The notes beneath the pieces were generated by a model. That model searched no databases. It was not told where the DNA came from and was given only the letters and a program-made list of their open reading frames with translations. From positions 1,984,001 through 2,048,000 of the forward strand of contig CAVZJV010000014.1 of assembly GCA_963775685.1 (NCBI GenBank): a DNA stretch of 64,000 nt, given 5' to 3'. Shown here in pieces: positions 10,420 through 19,132 of the stretch. Within the stretch, counting starts at the first letter, position 1; the number at the start of each line of letters is the position of its first letter. The stretch is from Candidatus Bathyarchaeota archaeon (GTDB taxonomy: Archaea > Thermoproteota > Bathyarchaeia > Bathyarchaeales > Bathycorpusculaceae). The translations under genes and the position numbers were made by a program.

Positions 10420-11244
10420 GTGAACAAAATGCTCACAAGCAAACAAACACATGGAACACTCGTCTTACTCTCACTTGTCTTGTTTATTGCCACAGTTGCC
10501 TTAAACGGTTCCCAACAAGTCAGCGCTCAAAATGAACCTACAGTAACCATAACAGGAGCCACAGGAACCACACAAACATACACATTAACCCAGTTGGAGG
10601 CAATGCCAAGCATCAGCATGTATGGCGGAATCTACCAGACCAACCAGCAAATAAGCAATCGAGGTCTTTGGACAGGAGTATCTGTCCTGTACCTTTGCAA
10701 CCAAGTCGGCGGCATCAACGCCTACAACAACATAACAGTTACTGGGCAAGGAAACAACAGCTTCACATATGACATGGTAAACGACGGCATACATTTCAAC
10801 GACCAATACAAAACCTACAGCAACACTACAGGAGCCGAAACAAACCAAACCCAGCCTATAACATTCATCTTGGCTTACCAAGTCAACGGCACCGCCCTAC
10901 CAAGCAGCTCGCAGCCAGCGCCTAGACTGGTCATTGTTGGTCCAGAAGGATTACTTATGGATGGTTCAGGCGGAAGAAGCATAACACAAGTTAGCATAGT
11001 CGACACTGCCCCTTCGCCCACTCCGACTCCAACCCCGAGCCCAACACCAACGCTATCTCCCTCACCAACTCCGTCGCCAACACATTCCCCCACAGCTTCA
11101 CCCGCCCTCACGAATACTCCATCGCCAACTTCTACAAGCACTGGGTCAGCCGACTTGACGTTAACCTACACGTTAATTGTCGCGGTTATAGTCATCTTAA
11201 TCGTGGTTGCAGCATTCGTAATCTTTCTTAGAAAAAGAAAGTAA
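10420..11244 (+). CDS. Surface protein with an Oxidored_molyb-like domain, Pro/Thr/Ser linker and C-terminal TM anchor
   Basis: Signal peptide; TLTQLEAMP, WTGVSV, ILAYQVNG..L, PRLV motifs; SPTPTP linker; TM + RKRK. Confidence 0.65.
   Translation: MNKMLTSKQTHGTLVLLSLVLFIATVALNGSQQVSAQNEPTVTITGATGTTQTYTLTQLEAMPSISMYGGIYQTNQQISNRGLWTGVSVLYLCNQVGGINAYNNITVTGQGNNSFTYDMVNDGIHFNDQYKTYSNTTGAETNQTQPITFILAYQVNGTALPSSSQPAPRLVIVGPEGLLMDGSGGRSITQVSIVDTAPSPTPTPTPSPTPTLSPSPTPSPTHSPTASPALTNTPSPTSTSTGSADLTLTYTLIVAVIVILIVVAAFVIFLRKRK
11010..11142 (+). repeat. Low-complexity Pro-Thr/Ser-Pro coding repeat (linker)
   Basis: Encodes PSPTPTPTPSPTPTLSPSPTPSPTHSPTASPALTNTPSPTSTST. Confidence 0.8.
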
Positions 11245-11270
11245 ATTTTTTTCGCCAATCTTTTTTTCTT

Positions 11271-11852
11271 TTAAGAGATATTATTTGTCAAGTTTTTAGG
11301 TTCATTGTCTTTGCGTTGGGGAAACTGGACATGCCGAATTCTATTCAAAACAATGCCTGAAATTGCTCCGCCAGCGCCTCCGAAAATTAAGTGAGATGCT
11401 CCAGCAATGCCTATGCCAACTAATATGATGTTAGCGTTTGAAATTATAGCGCTGGTTATGGAATAGTTTACTACCATTTTGACGAAGCTGCCAAACGCAC
11501 CTAAAATAAAGCCTACAAAGATGTTGGTCAAGTGACCTTTAAATGCCAACGCCAAAATATCCATGGATAAGCCCATTGCAATATACTCGAAGACTTTGAG
11601 GGGTCCAGTATCAGCCATTCCGACAAAACCGATCAGTAGTCCAGCGAGCACGCCGATGTAGGTGCCTGTACCAAATTTTTTTGTCAATCCGATTCCTATG
11701 ATGAAGGGAATTACCCAGAAAATTGCTGTGTGCCCAGGCAGTTGTATGGGGGTTCTAAAGTAAGTTTTGAAAACGTAAACAAGCGCAGCCATAAGTGACA
11801 GAAAGGATACCTCGTAGACCAGAAAATACTTTTTTCGCTTTAAAGTTCGCAT
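11271..11852 (-). CDS. ECF-transporter S-component-like membrane protein
   Basis: About 190 aa with 5-6 hydrophobic helices; LMAAL (AxxxA-like), PIQLPGH. Confidence 0.6.
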   Translation of the reverse strand: MRTLKRKKYFLVYEVSFLSLMAALVYVFKTYFRTPIQLPGHTAIFWVIPFIIGIGLTKKFGTGTYIGVLAGLLIGFVGMADTGPLKVFEYIAMGLSMDILALAFKGHLTNIFVGFILGAFGSFVKMVVNYSITSAIISNANIILVGIGIAGASHLIFGGAGGAISGIVLNRIRHVQFPQRKDNEPKNLTNNIS

Positions 11853-12626
11853 TTAGTCTGTCACGCTCGACTTGAGGTTTAATTGGAAATCATCAGCAAT
11901 GGTGCCGTTCACGGCAACTAGCAAAACAAAATCATCCTGCACACGGTCACCTGAATAATTCACAAAGAACGTGCCTGTTAAGTTGCCCGTGTTGGTGACT
12001 TGACCAGTGGGCACTTTGGGGTCGACGGTAATGTGTAAGCTATTGAGGCCGCCGCCTGCCTTCTCAAATTTCATAAAATACGTGTTATTTCCGAAGTCGT
12101 TGAAGGATGCACCAGCCTTGTTTGCGACTTTAACATAAACTTGATCATAGTCCTCGATAACCTGTGTTTCCGCCAAGTTGTTTGTTGTTGGAAGGTTGGC
12201 GGTAACGTAGTAGCCGCTTGCGCCGTCACCTTCCACGCGATTGGTCCAAGAAATCCCATTGTTTGAATGAATGTAGCCATACACATGGAATGCTGCAACG
12301 CCATGCAACCCAGAGAACGAGTAATCCACCTGGACCCGGGGAAAGGTGGAATTTAAATTCGAAGTAGCATTCAAATCGACAAACATAACGTAGAACTCAT
12401 CGCCATTCAAGTTGCCGCCTGGAACTATTGGCATCTTGGAAGCGTAAGGCTCCCAGCCTTGAGGGCCATAAGTCAGGTCTTGTGCCGTGAAAAGTTCATT
12501 CAGATGGTAGTCGCCATGAGTTGAACTTGCTTCCATATTCAGGTATACATATTGAACGGCGAAGAGAACACCTATCAGCAGAACAAAAACCGCAAGAGAT
12601 GCCGCCAACTTGTACTTGAATTGCAC
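11853..12626 (-). CDS. Hypothetical exported protein (N-terminal TM anchor, beta-rich)
   Basis: 257-aa ORF abutting both neighbours in an operon; hydrophobic N-terminal helix. Confidence 0.65.
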   Translation of the reverse strand: MQFKYKLAASLAVFVLLIGVLFAVQYVYLNMEASSTHGDYHLNELFTAQDLTYGPQGWEPYASKMPIVPGGNLNGDEFYVMFVDLNATSNLNSTFPRVQVDYSFSGLHGVAAFHVYGYIHSNNGISWTNRVEGDGASGYYVTANLPTTNNLAETQVIEDYDQVYVKVANKAGASFNDFGNNTYFMKFEKAGGGLNSLHITVDPKVPTGQVTNTGNLTGTFFVNYSGDRVQDDFVLLVAVNGTIADDFQLNLKSSVTD

Positions 12627-12627
12627 G

Positions 12628-13320
12628 CTAAGCCCTCTTCAACGCCACCATACCATCGTCGCCTTTCTCCACAAACAACACAGCTCTTCCATGGATAAAA
12701 GAGGGCGTAGCGTTTTTTGGAATCCTCACTTTTCCATTGTTTACTACTTCGCCTTGCAAGGTTAGAATTTGGTCGATGCCCGCACTAATAATATCCGCAA
12801 CATCTCGAAGCCCAGCTAGTTCCCTGTTTCTGTCCTTCAAAAGAAACCTGCCATCATTTCCTAACGACGCCAATGTGATGCCTGCGACGGCACCGATTAT
12901 TCCGCCATTTGTTCCGCCCAAACCCTCAACACGAATCCCGCAGCTTTTTGCAACGTTTAGGGCTCTTTGCTGCGTAACAATCATGGTTTTGGCGTCTTGA
13001 CCGAAAGCTACTGCGGCTGGAGTTATCTGTTGATGTGAGGCTATGGCTAATCCAGGGTCGCTTCCTTCAATATAGTCTTCAAGCATCAATTTTTTTGCGG
13101 AGACAAAAACATCGATTATATCGGATATTGGAGCATCGATGTGTATTACGGCGCAGCTGTTATGGGATGTGAATGGGATGTCTGGGTGAACGAAGAGTTG
13201 GTGTCGCGTTACCCCGAAAATTTTGTGTTTTAAGGCGAGTTCGGCGGCTATGTTTCTGGCAAGTCTGCCTGTGCCTCTGGATTCTATTATGTCTGTGTCG
13301 TCTATTCCAACGTATATCAC
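12628..13320 (-). CDS. Stand-alone TiaS N-terminal-like (GIDDTD) protein
   Basis: YVGIDDTD..GTGRLAR, RHQL..HPDIP.TSHNS, SDPGL, GIIGA.AG; lacks the TiaS OB and Zn-ribbon domains. Confidence 0.7.
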   Translation of the reverse strand: MIYVGIDDTDIIESRGTGRLARNIAAELALKHKIFGVTRHQLFVHPDIPFTSHNSCAVIHIDAPISDIIDVFVSAKKLMLEDYIEGSDPGLAIASHQQITPAAVAFGQDAKTMIVTQQRALNVAKSCGIRVEGLGGTNGGIIGAVAGITLASLGNDGRFLLKDRNRELAGLRDVADIISAGIDQILTLQGEVVNNGKVRIPKNATPSFIHGRAVLFVEKGDDGMVALKRA

Positions 13321-13452
13321 TGACAGTTTCTCCGAGAAACGTTATGACTTATAAAGCATATCGATTAGCATTATTAAATTTTCCTAAAAACAACTTCTAA
13401 CAAGCGGAGTTAACGCTAACGAAAAAGGTTCGTTTACCTTTTCGGGGGCAAT

Positions 13453-13659
13453 TTATTTTTTGCTAAGGTACCATTTGAGGTATTCTTTTCGGCGGTTCTG
13501 CCTGACTTCTTCCTCGGTTTCTTGGGCTGGTCTGTTCTTGTCATGTAAGTCGTTGAGTTCCTGCCCTGTACAAGATAAGCCGCAGCTTTTACAGACATAG
13601 TGCTTGGTCAAAGAGATATACTGTATTTCTCCGCCACATTCGGGACAATAATTTACCAT
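13453..13659 (-). CDS. Small zinc-ribbon protein
   Basis: CPECGG...YVCKSCG followed by a charged helix and EYLKWYLSKK. Confidence 0.75.
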   Translation of the reverse strand: MVNYCPECGGEIQYISLTKHYVCKSCGLSCTGQELNDLHDKNRPAQETEEEVRQNRRKEYLKWYLSKK

Positions 13660-13755
13660 TTTAGGTTCTCTTTTTATGTTTTGTAGTAATTCGGTTTTTG
13701 GGAGATATTAGTCTTCGCATGAAGTTCAACAATTTTAGCCCAAAAAGAGAGTGCG

Positions 13756-14811
13756 CTATACGTGTGTGTACATTTTGTCGTTACTGTAATTGCCTGTGCT
13801 CATTTCCTGCTCGATTTCTTTTAGGAGCAGAATGCGCTTAAACGTCGGGGGATGTGTGGCAAATAGGCTGTTCATTTGTACCCATGTGCTTTTGGATTCT
13901 TTCTCCATAGCCAACTGCAACTCACGCTCATCAAGCACGCCGTCGTGGTCAAGATCGTACTCGTCTTTCTTATTCATAATACCGGCCACTTCCTGTTTTG
14001 CTTGACCTGGGTCTTCAATATAGAAAGCTCGGGCGCCTTCCGGTGGCTTGGGTGAAATGGATAATCCATAGGTGATTTTTGCCAGGGCGCTCTCCAGCTC
14101 TCGCGGTTGACCAGTCACATAAGCCGAGTATGCATCAGCGTAGTGCTCCCGAAGTCGGCTTAGCCGCATAACAATTAAGAAGGTGATAATATAGATGGCA
14201 AACGATATAACGCCTATTATGATTAAGGCGGCTCCGGAATTATCTTTGTTATTTCTTCGTCCTGCCGAACTGAAAGCCCCTGCACGCAAAGCAACTTGCG
14301 CAATGATGTAGGCAATCAGCGGCAATGCCGAAAGCACGGTCATAACGATGTAGTCTTTGTGTTTTATGTGGCCCAACTCGTGGGCTATGACACCTTTTAT
14401 CTCGTTTTCATTTAACTGCTGCAGTAATCCTTCATGCACGGCTAAGGTAGCGCTACTCGTGGTTCTTCCAAACGTGAACGCGTTGGGCGTGTTGTTTGGG
14501 ACTGTGGCTAGTCTGGGCATGGGTATGCCGCTTTTGTCCGCTAACTCTTTAACGGTGACCTTCAAGCCAAGGGTTCTCGCCAGGCTTAAGGTAATGTAGA
14601 CGTGTCGTCGCGGCAACAATCGACTGGACCAACCGCATACTGAAACAAAATAAAAAGCGCTGAGCCACCTAAAGCAACAAGCAATCCAGTAAAAACGTCT
14701 AGCTGCAAGAAAGTAAACGATGACGAAAACCAAGAGTCCAAATATGAAGGCAGATAGGAAGATGGATGTTGCCATCGCAAGCTTGAGTTGGGACAGACTA
14801 GCCAAGTACAT
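13756..14811 (-). CDS. htpX: Zn metalloprotease HtpX (M48) with compensating frameshifts around 14560-14710
   Basis: PNAFTFG, AHELGH (HExxH), SRLREHYAD, THPPTFKRI. The TM segment FTGLLVALGGSALFILFQYAVGP lies in the alternative frame. Confidence 0.88.
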   Translation of the reverse strand: MYLASLSQLKLAMATSIFLSAFIFGLLVFVIVYFLAARRFYWIACCFRWLSAFYFVSVCGWSSRLLPRRHVYITLSLARTLGLKVTVKELADKSGIPMPRLATVPNNTPNAFTFGRTTSSATLAVHEGLLQQLNENEIKGVIAHELGHIKHKDYIVMTVLSALPLIAYIIAQVALRAGAFSSAGRRNNKDNSGAALIIIGVISFAIYIITFLIVMRLSRLREHYADAYSAYVTGQPRELESALAKITYGLSISPKPPEGARAFYIEDPGQAKQEVAGIMNKKDEYDLDHDGVLDERELQLAMEKESKSTWVQMNSLFATHPPTFKRILLLKEIEQEMSTGNYSNDKMYTHV

Positions 14812-14911
14812 TGCCTCATGTTGTTTTTCACAATTGCTGTATCTAGAGAATTAAGTCTTTCCCAAAATTACTATAATTTGATGAAAAAAATTTCAAAAAA
14901 TAAAAGAAAGT

Positions 14912-15910
14912 TTAGATTGGGTAAGCTCCGCAGGTCTTGCAGAACTGAATTTTGGTTTTGATGTAGCTGTGGCACTTGGGGCACTGTATGGCGCCTTCAA
15001 CTTTGGGGAAGATGTCTTTGGGTTTGCCGAATTTTTCGCGGAAGACCTCGTAGTAAAGCAACTGTTCTTTGTCTTGGATTTCTACGTCGTCTGCTGCTTT
15101 AATGGCGGCTTTTTTCTCGTTAAACTCTTTGTCAGTTATCATGTCGTTGAAGTATGTGCGCAGTGTTTCTGTTCCGGTGCCTGCTTCCAAAGGTGCTTTG
15201 GGTCTCCAAATGATATCTTTAGGAATGACGTCTTCGTAGGCTTTACGCAAAATCCACTTGCCGTATTTTATGCCATTTTGCATGTTAATCTTATATTTGA
15301 TGGGTAGCTTCATTGCCCAATCCATGAACTCTGGATCTCGGTAGGGTGCTTTGATTTGCATTCCAAGAGATTCCGCCATCGGGAAAGAAGAGAAGCCCAT
15401 TTCCGCCCACATTTCTTGTTGCTTCACTGCAAACTGTTCTTCTGAGAGGTGGAATTGCCAAGGGTAACCAAAAAGCTCATCTAATGCATCGCCGGTGAAA
15501 ACAGTTTTAATGCCTTTAGGTTTTAGCAGAGTTAAGCCGATATAGACAGGAAGGCTATTTCTGATTTCCATGGGGTCATATTTTTTGAGTGCTTCCACAA
15601 CTTTGGGGTAAAACTTCATTACATCTTCTTTACCGAACTGGTAAGTTTCATGTTTTAAGTGCAATAGTTCAACCATTTTTTTAACGTATTCTGTGTCTTT
15701 GGGTTGTCCATGTTTGAAGGCTAAGGTCAGGCATGGAATGTCAGGTTTGTATTTGACCGCTTCGTAGGCGATTATTTGAGTGTCAGTTCCAGCGGAGAAG
15801 AGGAAGCCATCAGCCATATTTTTTTGTACGACTTTGTTTACTAATGTTTTGACTTCGGGTAGTAGTTTGCTGACTTCTGAATCGTTAACTGTCATTTCTA
15901 TCCCTCGCAT
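14912..15910 (-). CDS. Asparagine-synthase C-terminal-domain-only PP-loop ATPase with a C-terminal Cys4 zinc ribbon
   Basis: FLFSAGTDT (variant SGGxDS), TGDALDELFGY, GKWILRKAY, WRPKAPLEAGTG, CPKC...CKTC; no glutaminase domain. Confidence 0.8.
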   Translation of the reverse strand: MRGIEMTVNDSEVSKLLPEVKTLVNKVVQKNMADGFLFSAGTDTQIIAYEAVKYKPDIPCLTLAFKHGQPKDTEYVKKMVELLHLKHETYQFGKEDVMKFYPKVVEALKKYDPMEIRNSLPVYIGLTLLKPKGIKTVFTGDALDELFGYPWQFHLSEEQFAVKQQEMWAEMGFSSFPMAESLGMQIKAPYRDPEFMDWAMKLPIKYKINMQNGIKYGKWILRKAYEDVIPKDIIWRPKAPLEAGTGTETLRTYFNDMITDKEFNEKKAAIKAADDVEIQDKEQLLYYEVFREKFGKPKDIFPKVEGAIQCPKCHSYIKTKIQFCKTCGAYPI

Positions 15911-16111
15911 TACAGTGTTTGTCTTTCACCAGGTATTTAAGTTTATCCGTATGCCTATAAAAGCTGGTAATTAGTAAACATATGTGCTGAAACAAATCAT
16001 AACACTGAACAATCGATCATTAATGACATTAATCCATTTATCAACGCGTCAAGGAACTACGTTTAAATGCACAAGAACAAACCCCATAAGCCATAAAACG
16101 AGGTAACCACC

Positions 16112-16864
16112 TTGAAAGTCAGCGTACTACACATGAAAATACGCACAACATTGGACAGCAACCTGACAGCCGCAAAAGCTGCCATCCTAAGAGCCTCAAA
16201 ACAAAAACCAGCTCTAATCGCCCTACCTGAATACTTCACCGTTCCCAACTGCATGGCTGACTTCACCGACGCCTCAAAAATCAGCAAAGAAACCGCTGCC
16301 AAAACTATGACTTTTCTCCAAGTAATCTCCCAAAGTATCGGCGACATATACCTTCTCGGCGGCACGGTGATTCAAGAAGACCGTGGCAAATACTACAATA
16401 CCAGTACGCTATGGAGAAATGGCAAACTTTTGGCGAAATACAAAAAAATTAACCCCATTAAAGCGGAAATAGACGCAGGGGTTGCTAGGGGAACCCAACC
16501 GCTTGTGTTGAATACAGAATTGGGCAAGCTTGCGATGATTGTGTGCGCTGACACTTTTGACCCCCCACTCGTTAAAAAAGTCGCAGAACTTGGTGCCGAA
16601 ATCGTTTCTTTGCCAGTAGCTGCCATGGGAACCCACCCAACCGTTAAAGGTCACCCACTGACTGAGGGCATAGCAAGAGATTATGGCGTGTTCATACTCA
16701 AAGTTGGAAACGTTTGCTCGAACATGCGTGGCGGCAGAAGCGCTATCATAGCGCCTTGGGGGATCCTTGGTGAAGTGACGGATTCACCAGAAGACTCTGT
16801 CTTATCAGCAGATTTGGATATGGCGCGGTTAAGAGAATATCGAAAAAAGCTCAGTAAATCTTAG
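16112..16864 (+). CDS. Carbon-nitrogen hydrolase (nitrilase superfamily)
   Basis: E-K-C triad in LPEYF, YKKIN, IVCAD; GRSAIIAPWG. Confidence 0.88.
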   Translation: MKVSVLHMKIRTTLDSNLTAAKAAILRASKQKPALIALPEYFTVPNCMADFTDASKISKETAAKTMTFLQVISQSIGDIYLLGGTVIQEDRGKYYNTSTLWRNGKLLAKYKKINPIKAEIDAGVARGTQPLVLNTELGKLAMIVCADTFDPPLVKKVAELGAEIVSLPVAAMGTHPTVKGHPLTEGIARDYGVFILKVGNVCSNMRGGRSAIIAPWGILGEVTDSPEDSVLSADLDMARLREYRKKLSKS

Positions 16865-17735
16865 TCCAACAATCAATAATGCGCTGCATTTTGGTAAATT
16901 CGTACTTGTCAATCCACTCTTGGAAGTCACTGTTATGTACAGCAAACCGCGCAATTTGTCTGGCGTTCTCGGAGTCATGCACTAACAGTAACACAGCGTC
17001 CAAGTTATGGCGGGAAACATATGCCACGGTCTTTAATAGTGCGTCAAGTTTTTCGTCGGTGGGCATTTCACCGCTAAGTTCTACCACAACAGGTTTTTTT
17101 AAGGTTGCAACAAAGTCACGAACGATCGTATCAACCCAATAATTAGTGAAATAATCCCTAGACGAGAGGGGCACATGAAAATAATCAACTAATTCTGCAA
17201 TTGCATTAAAATCTAAGCCGAATCGTTCTTTAGCCAAGACAGGGTCAGGGTACATTTCCACCGCAAATGTTCCTTTACAGTGGGTTTTTGCTTCTTTGAG
17301 GAAAGCTGTAACGGTTTGGGCGCGCCATTCTGTCCAGTTTAACCCACTCTTTTGTCGTTGCTTGGTGCATCTTGAACATGTGCAGTATTCTTGGTCGGCG
17401 AAATGGTATAGGTTAAGTGTGACGCCGATGATGTCTTGCCTTGATAAGCTGTCAAGGTAATCAAAGACTTTTTGGCGATACCCAGAGTGAGTTGGACAAA
17501 CAAAATCAAAAGCCAAGTTCGATTTTCTATTCCGCCGAAGAGCTGGACCGCCATCGGAGACGGAAACGATGCCTGGGTCTTCACGGATAGCTTTTGCATC
17601 ACAAAAGACGGTAACGTCGTTTTGCATGCCTATTGCCGCTGGAAAAGCTTGGCCGTCAGCCCATTTGGAGTAGTAAACGTGGAGGTCATAGCCTTCGACA
17701 TGTTCGGGTTTATACGTGACTAAGCCTATTTTCAT
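16851..17735 (-). CDS. Hypothetical TIM-barrel / glycoside-hydrolase-like protein with CxCxxC (paralogue of 19133..20035)
   Basis: FVCPT, HFADQEYCTCSRC, W.EWRA..VT.FL, PDP.L..ERFG.DF, DYF.VP. Confidence 0.65.
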   Translation of the reverse strand: MKIGLVTYKPEHVEGYDLHVYYSKWADGQAFPAAIGMQNDVTVFCDAKAIREDPGIVSVSDGGPALRRNRKSNLAFDFVCPTHSGYRQKVFDYLDSLSRQDIIGVTLNLYHFADQEYCTCSRCTKQRQKSGLNWTEWRAQTVTAFLKEAKTHCKGTFAVEMYPDPVLAKERFGLDFNAIAELVDYFHVPLSSRDYFTNYWVDTIVRDFVATLKKPVVVELSGEMPTDEKLDALLKTVAYVSRHNLDAVLLLVHDSENARQIARFAVHNSDFQEWIDKYEFTKMQRIIDCWTKIY

Positions 17736-17793
17736 GCCCTTTACCTTGCTCGCAACAGATATATTGCTGGCGTTTATTAAATTGTTGATTCAA

Positions 17794-18012
17794 ATGGACA
17801 AAAATAAATCCCCCATAACAATCGACCCTGCAAAGTGTGGTCCATGCACAGGACAGATCTGCATCGGTGTTTGTCCACAGGGCGCCCTAGAAGAAGGCAA
17901 AAACCGCAAACCCCAAATCATCACACTTGTCCATTGCACAAAGTGCGGCATCTGTGTGAACCTTTGCCCAACCAAAGCCATCACTATAGATGCAGGCAAC
18001 CCCAAAAAATAG
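17794..18012 (+). CDS. 2x[4Fe-4S] ferredoxin
   Basis: CGPCTGQICIGVCP and CTKCGICVNLCP; ATG at 17794. Confidence 0.85.
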   Translation: MDKNKSPITIDPAKCGPCTGQICIGVCPQGALEEGKNRKPQIITLVHCTKCGICVNLCPTKAITIDAGNPKK

Positions 18013-18030
18013 GCTGGGGAACTGTCAGGT

Positions 18031-19065
18031 TTGGAAGAAATCGGCCTTGCAGACAACGTTAAACTGATTGTTAAAGACAATGTACTAGCCATTTTTTGTG
18101 ATAGTGCTTTAAAGACAGTTAGTTCAGCAATCTATAATGGCGGGTGCAATCAGGTTAAAGCTGTCCTCAATGTAGGCGTGCCAGAAGGATACAGTGACCT
18201 CTCCTTGCACCTTGACCCGCTCGAACTAATCACTTCATCGGCGGCAAAAGTTGGGTTAACCAACGATTACCTTGCCATGGTTACTGCCGCCAAAATCCAA
18301 AACTACAGCATAGTCACAAAGCAAACCGAAGGTTTTTCAGTTAGCGTCGCAGCAACAGCAGGCTGCCAACACGGCGAATCATCCGGCGAAGAGATGGATG
18401 TTGAAGAAATCGTTGGAACCATAAACATCATTGTCCTAATCGACGGAAACCCGTCGGAATCCTGCATGGTTGCAACATTAATCACTGCAACTGAAGCCAA
18501 ATCAGCGGCGCTAAGGGATTTTGATGTACGTAGTCGATACACGGGTGACTCGGCAACTGGTTCAGTAACTGATAGCGTTACAATAGCCTCAACTTGTAAA
18601 GGTAAATTGTTAATTTTGGGTGGTCCTCCTTCCAGGCTTGGCAAGGTGGTTGGGTATTGTGTTAGGACGGCTGTTTCCGAGGCATTGCTTAAGCAGGAGC
18701 CATTTTGGGGTAACCGGTCGGTTTTAGATAGGCTAAAAGAGCGACATTTGCCGCCTGAGAAATTGGTTGCTGAAGTTTCTAAAGTTCAGGGCTTAGCTCT
18801 TAACACTGACAGACTTGGGGAGATTCTGAAAAAAGACCCGTTTGCAAGTGCTAATTTGCTAGCTGCAGCAAAGATGGATGACGATTACAAAAAAAACCTA
18901 TTGCCAACCGATTTTAAGGATTGGAAAGAAATTAGCAAGTGTTTCGCTTCATCCGACACAAAATTTGATGCCTCAAAATCACCAAACTACGATTCAGTTG
19001 ATTTGTCGCCATTCCTAAAAAATGCGTTGATCAATATTCTCAAAAAAATCCAATCTAACTGTTAA
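18031..19065 (+). CDS. cbiZ: Adenosylcobinamide amidohydrolase CbiZ with a C-terminal CobZ/PgpA-like remnant
   Basis: VSSAIYNGG, MVTAA, ATAG, GTINII, TATEAKSAAL, ATGSVTDS; extra ~120-aa C-terminus (LDRLKER...DP...LLAAAKMDDD). Confidence 0.85.
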   Translation: MEEIGLADNVKLIVKDNVLAIFCDSALKTVSSAIYNGGCNQVKAVLNVGVPEGYSDLSLHLDPLELITSSAAKVGLTNDYLAMVTAAKIQNYSIVTKQTEGFSVSVAATAGCQHGESSGEEMDVEEIVGTINIIVLIDGNPSESCMVATLITATEAKSAALRDFDVRSRYTGDSATGSVTDSVTIASTCKGKLLILGGPPSRLGKVVGYCVRTAVSEALLKQEPFWGNRSVLDRLKERHLPPEKLVAEVSKVQGLALNTDRLGEILKKDPFASANLLAAAKMDDDYKKNLLPTDFKDWKEISKCFASSDTKFDASKSPNYDSVDLSPFLKNALINILKKIQSNC

Positions 19066-19132
19066 CTGAAAAAGACTTAAATAACCTGCACTTTTATTCC
19101 GTTGTAAAAACAAGGCAAAATGGTGTATTAAC

